In this document: positions 23,001-34,904 of the stretch, in pieces | Layout: each line of letters starts with the position of its first letter | Numbering within the stretch: position 1 is the first letter of the stretch | NCBI GenBank assembly: GCA_043228905.1 | Contig: JBHGNT010000020.1 | Location: forward strand, 5,890,001 to 5,954,000 | Direction: 5' to 3' | Source of the DNA: Azolla caroliniana | Lineage: Eukaryota; Plantae; Polypodiophyta | Length of the DNA: 64,000 nt | The notes under the pieces: generated by a model | Seen by the model: the letters and a program-made list of their open reading frames with translations, nothing else | Told to the model about the DNA's origin: nothing | The model's database searches: none | Made by a program: the position numbers and the translations under genes

Positions 23001-26000
23001 TGTAAAGAATCAAATGTGATTCTGTGCAAAGGAAGAGATGTGTGTGTGTGTGTGTGTGAAGAGGAGAGGTGAGGAGAGAAACACAAGATAGTCAAGAGAA
23101 AAATGAAGTACCCAAGAAGAAGATGTATATTAACAAGGAGAATATTTAGTACAAAAATGTCGCATTACAAGGGAGGACAACCGACACTTTATGAAGTAGG
23201 AGGAGGGTGCTTTATATTAGGTCACCCTCTCTCTTCATTAACTCACTATAATGCCCACTCTCTCTTGGGGAATGTGGAGACTTGCGAGTCATGGGGAATA
23301 TGGAAATCATTAGTTATGTGTCATAGAATATGATTCTATGACACATAATTAATGTGTAGAGAGTAGTGGTGACTTTTGACCTTTGCGTGCTCATAGATTC
23401 TCAAAGGGTGTGTTCCACACTAGGCTAGGTTGAGCTTGATTCTCAACATGCCCCCTCCAGCTCAACTCGGGTCGTTTCCTTTCGGTTGATGTCTGCTTCG
23501 GTTGGTATCCAATTCGGACAATATCTAGTGTTTGCTTCAGTTGGTACCCGGTTCTCTCTTGTACTCCCCCTCAAGCTTGGCAAGTCAAGGATCGTCAATC
23601 TAAGGTTTGACATGAATTGCCGAAGCTTGTCGGCTCCTAGGGCTTTGGTGAAAATGTCGGTTTTCTGAAGATTCGTGTTGATATGTTGAAGGTCGACATC
23701 TCTAGCCTGAATGTGCTCTTTGATGAAGTGATAGTGCACCTCAATATGCTTCGTGCGCGCGTGGAACACCGGGTTCCGAGCCAGATAAATATTGTTCATG
23801 TTGTCACAGTAAAGGGGAGTCAAATCCTTGATGGGAATGCCCAAATCCTTCAAAATCCTCTTGAGCCATACGGCTTCCCATGCAGCCATAGTCCCGCCAC
23901 TGTATTCGCCCTCTGTGCTAAAAAATGCAACTGTTGGCTACTTCTTACTACTCCACGATATTGCTCCGTTGTCGAGCGAGAAGACGAATCCTAAGGTCAA
24001 TCGTCATTCAACTCTGTAGTCGACCCAGTGGGTGTCTGTGTACCCCTTGAGTCGAATTGGTGTAGCCGATTTGTAGAGAAGGTCACAATCCATTGTGCCG
24101 CTCATGTATCATAACACTCGCTTAGTGCAATCCAAGTGAATGTTACATGGCTTTTGCATGAATTGGCTAAGGAGACCGATGAGGTAGCTAAGGTCGGGTC
24201 AAGTGATTGTGAGATAGATGAGGCTCCCGATCAGTTGCCGATACACTTTAGGTTCTGATCGAGAGGGGTTGCCACAAACTTACATTCAGTCATCCCGAAC
24301 TTGTATAAAAAGTTAAGGATGTATTGTCATTGAGAGATCATAATACCGACTAGAGTCCAAATTACCTCAATGCCAAGGAAGTAATGGAGCTCCTTGTTGA
24401 TGTCTGTCATCTTGAATTTGCTGGAGAGGAGGGACTTGACCTTGTTGATGTCGACTAGATTTTCACCTCCAATGACTAGATTATCCACATATAGGATGAT
24501 GACAATCGGGCTTCTAGAATCGCTTCTAACATAGAGAGAGTTGTCGGATTTGGACATTCTGAAGCCGATTTGATGAAGATATTGTGTGATCTTCGAATGT
24601 CAAGCATGCGGTGGTTGCTTGAGGCCGTAGAGTGGCTTCTTTAGTCGACGGACTGCTTTCTGATGGATGTTGGATTCGAAGTCGGGTGGTTGGTCCATGT
24701 ACACCTCCTCTTCTAATTCGCCTTGGAGGAAGGAGTTCTTGACGTCCATATGGTGGAGGTGCCATCCTTTCGCCTTTGAAGGTCAGGAGCTTGATGACAA
24801 ATCCTCTCGATTGCATTGCCTTGAGTTTGTTGAGAGTGATGTGGCCAATCCTCTTGTGCCACAACTCTATCTCGGTGTTGGCTTTGAGGCCTTTTGCAAA
24901 TATGGCTGATTTTATCTCGTTCAACTCGAGCATAATCATTCGGCCTTCCCTTCAACCACGAGCGATAAGTTGGCCTTCCTTCTCGATGAAACAACCACCT
25001 TGGTTGAATCTAACTTGCATGCCTTGCTCAACAATTTGGCCGACTAAGACCAAATTCTTCGTTATGGTTGGTACATGCAAGATGTCTTTGATGCAAGTTT
25101 GTTCGCCTTCTTTCCTGAATGGGACATTGCCAATATGCCGAATCGGATGAGTACTGTCATCTCCAGTTTTGACATAGCCAAGTTGATCCGGCTCTCGTAA
25201 GTCTCAGAACCCTTTTTTATGAGACGTCATATCGTTCAAAGCACCGAAGTCGACGAACCATACATCTTCCAGACCGGAGGCACTAGTCGAAGTAGAGGCC
25301 AACATAGAATTTGCTCTATGTCTCATCACGAACATTCTGAAGAGAACAACATGGAATATTGCACGGCCATGACCGAGTAATGAATCACTTCAATGAGAAT
25401 GAAACACAGAAATGGGAAGTAGAGAGTACACTAAATGTTTACGTGGAAAACCCTAATGGGAAAAAACCACGGGAGCCCACAGACTCCAAGCTATCACTAT
25501 ATATAGGAAAGATACAATCAGAGACTCGGAGGCAACAACCTCGATCTCTATATCTTCGCCAACCGACAGTTACAACAGAGTATAACTCTGTATCTCCTCT
25601 CTCTCTATACAATAGTTATATCAACAACAATATGACAACAACTCTATCACAACCACACTTTAAGTGATTGCCCTAAGTCATATTTATACTTATATGAACT
25701 TAGGGCTATTTACAAATGTAGCTTCAATAGGCTTACTCAAAACATATTTACAAATATGTCTTCTCTTCTGGTTCTCACCAGGTCCATGCGATCCAGTTTC
25801 TGGAGCTCTTCCGGTTCTCACCGGGTCCTCTTCATTCATAACTAGATCCCATCTTGAGGGACCGATTTCCCAACACATTCTGCCATGATCATCATAGTTA
25901 GAGTTGGTGGCTTAATTGGTGAGTTGTCGGCTTGTGGAAGCCTACTCATGCTTCTTCTTCCGACACTCTTCTTCGTGGTGATCGATTTCGCCGCAATATC

Positions 26001-26996
26001 CGCACTCAATTGAGTTTTGTCAGCTTGGACCAGCATGGAAGCTCCCCCTTCTTCCAAATGTTCCTATATTGTTTCCATTTCCTTGCTGAAATTGGGAGTT
26101 ATTTTCATAGGTCGGACCTCGTCCCCCTCGTCCTTGACCGAATCGGCCTCTTTTTGTACAACCGCATCCTCTTCGTCCGTCCGAATGTGAGTAGAGCATG
26201 TGAACTTCCAAGGCATTGCTCCTTGTTCGAACATGGTTTTCTTCAACCAACAACATTGATTGAAGATCAAAGAAAGAGGGAGGATTCCCCCTTGCTAGAA
26301 TGGTGGTTCTCATTGTGCCGAATCGTGGTGCGAGGCCGCCTAGGCATATTGGCACCATCTCATCATCCTCCATGTTGACACTTATCGAGCCGAGCAAGTC
26401 ACAAAGCTCCTTGATCTTCAAGGTGTAGCTTGTGATGGACATGTCCCTTTATTGAATGTTATTATTCAACTCTTGGCAGAGTTGGAGCTTTCGTGCCGTC
26501 GTATTGGCAACGAATATCTTCTTGAGATCCTCCCAAGCTTCTTTCGGCTTCTTGGCTTCTCGAATGTAGCCAAGCATGTGGTCATGGACACATGTTGCGA
26601 ACCAATACATCACTCGCCTTGCCGCTTACTCCCATGTTGAGTAGTCTGCGTCCCTCAGGTCAAGTTTGTTTTCTTTTGCTCCTTGAATGTCGCCCCAATA
26701 GGTTTGGCCAACAAGGTATTGGTGCATCTTGTACTCCCAAGATGCAAAGTTGTTTCCATCCAACTTCTCGCTAGGGAGAGTGCTCCACATTTGAGTATTC
26801 ATTATCTCGATGTAGAATTCTTTCTTCTTTTCCTTCTCTCTCAAACACAAGCTATGTAGTTGCACTATGATAGCAATGAGCCGGTTCTTCTTGAAAGTCA
26901 GCATAGAAAACAACACACACAGATGCGCTAGATTGAGCTGCCAAATCACTCTGATACCATGTAAAGAATTGGATATGATTTTGTGCAACGGAAGAG

Positions 26997-27061
<65 letters not shown>

Positions 27062-27311
27062 GAGGAGAGGAGAGGAGAGAAACACAAGATAGAAAAGAGA
27101 AAAATGAAGTACCCAAGAAGAAGATGTATATTAACAAGGGGAATATTTAGTATAAAAATGTAGCATTACAAGGGAGGAGAACCAACACTTTATGAAGTAG
27201 GAGGGTGCTTTATATAAGGTCACCCTCTGTCTTCATTAACTCACTATAACGCCCACTCTTTCTGGGGGAATGTGGAGACTCACTAGTCATGGGGAATATG
27301 GAACTCATTAG
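23001..27311 (-). mobile_element. Internally deleted Ty1/copia element C (related to D)
   Basis: 3' LTR 23001-23448, PPT 23449-23458, RNase H/RT, GAG-pre-integrase fused directly to RT at about 24770, gag SEKLDGNNFASWEYKM, PBS 26949-26959, 5' LTR from 26960 truncated at about 27311. Confidence 0.9.
25338..25875 (-). mobile_element. Solo LTR related to copia A
   Basis: TG..CA, TSD CATTC (25333-25337, 25876-25880); shares GGGACC.ATTTCCCAACA and ACGTGGAAA.CCCTAAT with copia-A LTRs. Confidence 0.88.
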
Positions 27312-28711
27312 ACGATGACGTGTGGTGTCAATTTCCATCGGAGTTGGAGTACTTATTGGAGGCGCATTATATGACTCCCTCGGAAAAGGTTTCGCTACCA
27401 CTGAGGCGTAGGTAGGCTCTGATCTTGCCCTCGAAATTTGGAATTGTCATTCCGAACGTCGTTCGAAGAGGCGGTTGTCGCATCTCACCGCACGACTGAT
27501 TGCTTCTGTTAATGACTTTGGCTCTTCGGGGAAGGTCAAGAGTAAATCCTTGACATCGTTGCATAAACCATAACGAAATTGCTCCATCAATGCGTGATCA
27601 TCCCAAGGGATATCGGCAGTGAGTAAGTGGAAATTTGCAGCGTATGCAGAGGCTGGACGGTCACCTTGGCGTAATCGCCGGATTTTGTTGATTGTAGTCC
27701 TTATGCTATCAGTATCTCCAAAACAGGCCTTAAACTCACTTATAAATTCTTCAAAACTGTTTAGTAATGGATATTCCTTTTCCAACAATGGAGCAAACCA
27801 TGCTAACATTGAGCCACTAAGGAGAGTGCCTACTAGTCCCACTCGTGATGCATCGGTGGGATATCGAGAAGGATGCATTTGTATCACTAAACGTACCTGA
27901 TTCAAAAACCCTCTAAACTGTGATCGGGTCCCATCAAATTTTGCAGGAAGTCCGATCTTGGGTTCTTTGTGAATCCCTTGAGTGCGTGATCCTTATTGTT
28001 GTAATGATACGATAGTCTCTTCGAGTTGTTGTACACGTAACGTCAGCTCCCCATGTTGTTGTTTTTCTAGCGCTATTTGTTGAAGATCCCCCAACAAACG
28101 ATGATTTTCTTGTTCTAGTGCTACAAATTTCTCTTTTAAGCACTGGAGCTCCGAGAAAACAAATTGGTATTCCTGAGCGCTAACAGTTTCCATTTTACTA
28201 GGGAGGATAAGAGGATTAATAAGAAGATAAAAGGAAGAGGAGGAAAGGAAGATATGAAAGGAAGAACGAGCAAAATCGGTTCAAACTGTCAGGAACAGTA
28301 CTAAGATAGAGAAGGAATTAGTACTAAAAGAAGTATTAGGAGAGGTAAAGAACTCTCGAGAGAAGGAAAGAGTGAGTGAGAGGGAGGGAGAGAGAGAGAG
28401 AGAGAGAGAGAGTGATGATAAGAAAAGATATATATTATGTGAAGAGAATGTACAGTAGTAGCTAGGAGGCTTAAGACTGGCGTTGAACCAATTTGGTTCG
28501 AAATAATGCCTTGTGCCTCCTTTTATAGTGTTCTCAGGAATACTCCTAAAATTTCTAGAATGTTCCAGAGAAATCTGGAATATACATCAATTTTCTATAA
28601 TAAAACATAAATGAAAATAATATTATATGTATTATAATGTATGGTTTAATAGTTAAGAGCTTGACCCATGTAGCACAAGGTCATGGGTTTGAGTCTTGCC
28701 ATATCATGACA
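27312..28711 (-). mobile_element. 5' part of a Tcn1/sushi-like chromovirus (5' LTR plus gag)
   Basis: LTR 28287-28711 (425 bp); gag KEPKIGLPAKFDGTRSQFRGFLNQVRL..FRYGL..PTPMEID is of the sushi/Tcn1 type; the PBS does not begin with TGG. Confidence 0.8.
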
Positions 28712-28873
28712 CTCTTTTTCTTTTATAGCCCGAGGGAGGTACGTTACAATGTGGGATAAATTCTCCCCCTTATTCTATACACCATTTTCCTATTATACAT
28801 GTGCACATATTGCACATTGCCGACTTGCCCATTCCATCTTGGTTTCACACCAAAGCCGGAAATCTTCACGACA
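28712..28873 (-). mobile_element. LTR fragment of the TGTCGTGAAGA group
   Basis: Homologous to 18415-18580; ends ATCTTCACGACA with flank GCGG. Confidence 0.8.
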
Positions 28874-31469
28874 GCGGGGGGTCATTGTTTTTGTTGGTGG
28901 CGCGGTTTCTTGAGTCAGCACCCGAATTTTTGCTCGGTCTTGGTAAAAGCTAATGTTGTTGTATTGCCAAATCAGCTTAATGCTCACTGAGCGCAACCAT
29001 GGTCGTCCCAAAAGTAGGGGTTATGCTCCCGGAGTGTCAAGAGCCAATACTACCGCCAATATTTCGAACGTATGACCATCTACGACGATTCCCAGTTTTC
29101 GCAACAGCCCCAACGGTTTGACGGATCAGGGACGGATCTTGTGTCCGCCATGTGAAGCCAGAATGGGCACGATTCCCAATTTACGATGCCAAGGCAATTG
29201 CAGGTAGCTTTGTTGATGACATTGACTCCGGAGGCGCCATCAATAATACATCCCGAGATTTCTTCCCTTTGTAGTATGATTTTAATAGCAAGGTTGTGGT
29301 GATCAACCACTGTCGGCCCTATTCTGGATTCCGTAAAATTGGCCAGAATAGTTAATGTGTCCGCTTACGCATTCGCGCTTCCATCATCTGCTAAAATTTG
29401 GGGATTAAGTTTAAGCGTTTATTCATGGTCATTGCAATTTGAGAGTCAGCCAAGGCTTGCCAAATCGGGTCCTCCTCCGCAATCGCTTCATCCGTTCGCA
29501 TTGTCGGCGTCGACGCTTCGGCTGCACTTTCGTGCCGCATGCATTCGACGTTCGCCTCATTTGCCTTTTCAACCCATGTTTTCACAGCGTTGCAGATTTC
29601 GCCCTGAACCTCCCAATCATATTCCTTGACTTGGCTACGAGTGGTTACTTGTTGGACTCCCACAGTGATCATGTTGACCGTTGGTAGCGTAATGCCCAAG
29701 CTGCTAGCAAATGAAGCAATGTAGGCTAGATTCACCCCTTTCGGCTATTGGTGGAGACACTAGCTACGGTTGCGGCTCGGGCTCGTCCCGAGGTCGTGGT
29801 TGGTACTTGTAGTGATGTGTATTGTGGGGTTTCTGTCATTAGTCGCAACGATTGTTATTCGGGGGTTGTCGTCGATCCTCGTCCGGACTGTCATCTCATG
29901 GGCGAGGGTTGCGAGGTTGTCGGTTCCCTCCGAAGTCCCGTGGTTTGGCTTGTCCACCATTATTGTTCATAGGACGCCGATTATCGTAACGTGGTCCGTT
30001 TCTATTGTCGTACTGATCATTTTGACGATAGTCATCTTCTTGACGATCCTCTTCGTCCCAATAGCGTTCATCATCTTGCCAAGAACGCTCGTTGTAGAGG
30101 GGATGCTCCATATTTCGGTAACCCTCATCTTGCCGGATCCGATCATTTAGTTGCATGTCGTTGCATTGTGGTTCGATTCTTCGAACCGGCGTTGTGGGTC
30201 AATTCAAGAGGTTATACTCAAACCGCTCCACCGTATGTGCCCTAGAATGGCAAATTGAGCAGCTCACCTGCATGTTGCAACCGATGGCCGAGTGCCCCGA
30301 GTTGAGGCAGATGGTGCACTGAATAGCCTGCCGAAACTTGAGCTCATCGTCTCATTGTAGGGCTTGCCGTAAGGAAATCCTCATCATGCTTCTGTCTGTT
30401 TCTTCCGTGTCGAACCGAAGTACTCGGTCGATCACCAAATCAGCCGTTTGGCATGTAAAGTCAAGCATGCCTAGAGTCGTTCACATGGGTCCACGCAAGG
30501 CCGCAAGAAAAGTGTCCTTGGCCTCATCTTCAGTAGGTGGGTGCGTCAGCTAGCTTCGGAGATACTTGCAGTGGATTACAAAGTCGGCAATGGGTTCTTG
30601 GCTACATTGTTTAATCGAGTAGAATTGGCCAATGATCTTGCGTTGTGGGACGCTTTGATGGAACAAGAGAAGGAACATCATTCATAGTTGTTCGAAGGTC
30701 GTGAACGTGGCCAAATCGAGTTGTGATTGCCATCGAGTCGTCCGGTCGTCAAGGGTGAGCCTGAACTCCACGATTTTTGATGCGTTGGTGTTTGCTTCTA
30801 CCAATCTTTGCAACACGTGGTTGGCTTGCCACATGTTGAGGAAGGACCTCACGTGTGCCTCTGTGTCAGGTTCACCATTGTAGCGTGGATATGGGAACAT
30901 CATGGTATCGGAGTTGTAAATATTGATGCTTTCATGAGCGCGATCTGTCGTAAGCGGTGTGTGGTTACCACTATGGTTTGCCTCAAAACTACTTCCGTCG
31001 TTGCCTTCAATGTCTGGGTGGAGTGGGAAGAGGACCACCTATCCTGTGGAACTTTGCTTGGTGAGCGTGGACTCGATCACGCTTTTGTTGAGATCCGGTA
31101 AGAGCGTGTCGTGCCGCGACTTTGCCAATGCAAGCTCTGCCGCACGTCGAGATTCTGCCCGAGTTCGAGGTTTACCTGGTCATGCTGTCTTTTGCTACCT
31201 CTTCTACTAGACAACATCCATTCCTCAATGTTCTTTTGTGTGCTCACAGATCGACCAAGCGTGCCAAAGGTGTTATCGGCCTAGGATAACACGGTGTCGA
31301 ATATTCGGTCCTTTGGCTATCTGACTCAAGGTCTTGTGTTCAGGGAAGTGAGTGTGTTTCACTTCGAACTCGTTCGGGATTCCGAACTGTAAGGGTTTAC
31401 GTATGAATCGAACTGAGGTTGTGCGACTGTGGAGATGAACAAGCTGACTACAACTGACTTAATACACAA

Positions 31470-32247
31470 TGTTTACACAGAATGTGGAGACTCAACACAG
31501 GGAAATTATGACATAGTTTTAGACTCAGAGTATCAGAAGTAAATAGAAATCTCCAAGTGACTAATGCATATAAGTGGACAACATCGACTGACCTGTCTGA
31601 GTCTTGTTCAATTTGATGGAGCACAGATGATGCCAATCTGATGAAGGTTTCAATCCGAGTGGCTACAATCAAGAGACCAAAGTACATTTGGTTGGCTTAC
31701 TTTAGGAGTGATTTAGCTCAATGGAGTGCAAGCCTTTTGATGTCTCTTCTCATGAAATACGATCTTGAAAAAGTTGCCGATCCAAAGCTTTCAATTCAAC
31801 TGAAATCTAGATTTTTTTTCAAGACTTGGATCAACTTGGTGTGTTCAAGGGTTTGAGGGCATGGATGTTGTCGGAGACAAGGGACGGCCAACAACAGTTC
31901 AAGGAACTTCGCTCTAATACAAGATGTTATAGATGAGGCCATCAAATCGGAACCTAAAACAACATCTCAGTACGAAGAACACATTAGATGACAGAAGTAA
32001 ACAAAGACAACTTGAACAAGGATCAAGGATCAAGGCAAAGTGAGAGAGAGACAATGGGGCACACAATGTAACAATCTTATTCTGAAATGTTACAGTACAA
32101 GAATAACACTTCGAACTAGGTTACAAAGCTGGTTATATGATAACTAGGCTAGGGCAACTACCCTTCAACATATTTACAGATTTGTCCTAAACTTAGTCTG
32201 TCCAAATGGGACAGTGTGAATACGTCCATTATACCCCATATTCAACA
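31470..32247 (-). mobile_element. Truncated copia 5' end related to element B
   Basis: LTR 31925-32247 shares TAGGGCAACTACCCTT and GTGTGAATACGTCCATTATAC with B LTRs; decayed iMet PBS at about 31911-31922. Confidence 0.75.
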
Positions 32248-32256
32248 ACTGAGAGC

Positions 32257-32545
32257 ATAGATAAGGACCAAATTTCATGCCATTGCAAGATCACCTTGCT
32301 CTAGTTTGTTGAGAGACAAGCTATAAATAATATATGTTACAATTGGAGCATCTATAATGAAGATTGAAGACGTAGATTGACCAACATTGTTACTCCAATT
32401 AAATTTCAAGTGTTGACTTCGAGCACTCATGGCCAAGAGGATAGATAAGGACTAAATTTCATGCCATTGCAAGATCACATTGTTCTAGTTTGTTCAGAGA
32501 CAAGCTATAAATAATATATGTTACAATTGGAGCATCTATAATGAA
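32257..32545. repeat. About 105-bp direct repeat, two copies
   Basis: ATAGATAAGGAC..GCATCTATAATGAA at about 32257 and 32441. Confidence 0.85.
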
Positions 32546-33711
32546 AACTATCTTATTCGCCAACTTACATTTGATTTTATGATGCATCCGTTGGTAAATT
32601 CCAACTCAAAACCTTTGATAATCACATCGACCCAAAGAAGATCCACCTCAAGTATTAACCACCAATCCTTATCACCAACCCATTTCAAATCAACTTGGTT
32701 TAGTAATAGAAAAAAGGCCACCATATGAGAGCTTCAAATTCTTGTCATGCTTATAATATGGTAGTCGCACTCTTATAGAATTAGGGTTTCTTAAAGCAAG
32801 TAAGGTGTTCATTTATTGCTTGAGAAGAATTGTCATTGGACAAAAGCCCTAATTTAGAGCTTTCGATTTCTTGTAATACGGTAACTTAATTATCCCTCGT
32901 CAGAAAAGTTAAGTTTTTTTTTTCAACTGAGCACCAACAATATGGAAAAGGTGACAAGTCGAATATGTTTTGCACATTTTTTCAGTACCATTGCTTGAAT
33001 GTGAAATGTCGAAAGACAACAACCTTTCTTGTGTGTGGTAGTTAGTGGTAAAAAGGTTCCACCCCATTATTAAACATCCCCAATTTAGTAAAGATTAAAA
33101 TTTAATAAAAGTTAATCATCCCATAAAGTGCTAGATAGAGTAAAATATGCAAAAAGAAGGCAGGGAAACATCGAGAGTGGATACACACGCGCACATACAC
33201 ATATGTATGTATGCATGTACATATGTAAAGAATGATATTAATGGAACAACCAAAGGAAGGACGTCTATCGTTAACCCCCCCATCCGTAGAATGTGGACGA
33301 GATTTCTCCCTAATAAAAGAGGAGGAACGGGCAACGGAAAATCTTGGGGCCGGCCAACGATTCATCATCTCATGAGTCATGTCTCTTCTAATGTTTCATC
33401 TCATCTCATATCATCTCATCTCATATACATACATACATACATACATACATAGATGTAAAGAAAGCAAAAAGCAAACACATTCACAAATGCTAATTTTTGA
33501 AAATACCCCCCCGAAACCAGAAGATGTTCGTTTTAAAAAAACACATAAAACGGAGAGGACAAGATCCAAGCCGTCCATCCTTTTCAGTCAGAGAGATGTT
33601 GGCCGCCCGATTTACCCTCCACCTCCTAGGGCTTTTGTTTACTCAAGCTTTTCCTTTGTCCGACTTTAAACCTCACCCTCCCCCCTCTCTCTTCACTCTG
33701 TCTGTGTGCTA

Positions 33712-33743
33712 TTAGGTTAGGGTTAGGGTTAGGGTTGGGGTTT
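33712..33743. promoter_or_regulatory. Short TTAGGG (telo-box-like) repeats upstream of importin beta
   Basis: TTAGGTTAGGGTTAGGGTTAGGGTTGGGG near the presumed 5' UTR exon; a regulatory role is inferred. Confidence 0.4.
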
Positions 33744-34904
33744 CGCTACTTCTGCTTCACAGAGCTTCACTTTCCCCTTCTCCTTCTTCTGCAGAATCTC
33801 TCTTCAGATTCTTATCTCAATCTCGAGAAAGAGATAGCTCTCACTCTCTGCATGCTCTCTTTCAATTACTGGAAACACTAAATTTGCTGGCAAGTTATCT
33901 TCTCCACTCTCAACAGGAGAAGAAGGGAATTTTGACAAGGAGGAGACTGCATCTTCGTTGTCAATCTCTGTCAGGTATCTCTCTTTCATCCCCCTCACCT
34001 CCCCTTCATCTAACTTGTTTGTTATCTTTGTATCCGTTTTTTCGTAACATTTTCTTTTTACGATTCCACTGCTAGCTCATCTGCTCATTCTGTGACTCTT
34101 CTTTTGTTTCGAATGTCTTTTTTTTTTATCTCAGTTTATTCATCTATTTCCCTGCTGACGCTTCCCTTTACAGTCTTATGAATCGTGATTTTTTTCTCTT
34201 CTCTTCTAAATTGCCGAAGACTTAGGTATGCCATTCCTCTGAAGAGGTGCACGGAAAAACCGAGTTGTGTTAAATGCTTTAGGTTGTATAAGAAACAAAA
34301 TATGCGTAAAATGCAGGGACACATTAGTGAGGGTAACAGATCACTTTAATTTGTAAAAATGATGAGAATAATAACCCAGTTTAGCGGGCTTAAAATGCGG
34401 AATAAGACAATCAGTTGGAACAGATAAAACGGTCTATGGATCATTCTCGAATGAAGAGAAACAGCGAGTTTAAAGATTAGTGTGATGTGTCCGAAATGTA
34501 GATAAACGATGATTATAAACAAAACGGTTTGTCCACCATATAAGTAATATCTGATCTTATTTAAAATGTTTTAAACTGTGAAGTATCGAACCTTCGGATG
34601 GATAAGTTTTGCTTAAAATTCTTATATTTCACGATTTACTTAGTGAAAAAGATATGTTAAAAGAAGCAACTAAAATCTCTTGCATTATCAATCCATACGA
34701 TATTGGGTGGGACATTCTCAATAAATGCGTTGCTGATTTGACCTTAATACCTGTCATTTATTTAACTTCATCCATCTAGTTATTCAGAGAACCAACAAGA
34801 TCTAATTTGTCTTCTCATCAAGTTATTTGTTTATTTGTGCATGGTCATGTCTATGAGATTATTTTATTATTTTATCCTAACACAGACTCATTCGTCACTT
34901 CAGT

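Larger units (their letters stand above)
17436..31450 (-). mobile_element. Decayed non-chromovirus Ty3/gypsy element G with a downstream extra ORF
   Basis: Partial 5' LTR from 31271, PBS TGGCACGC about 31259-31266, gag 29400-31200, protease IIDGASGVNVI about 29230, RT/RNase H 22000-23000 (SFLDGFNGYNQI, PFHVFVD). No integrase is visible. Extra coding remnants lie at 17500-21900. Treating these segments as one element is inference. Confidence 0.7.
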
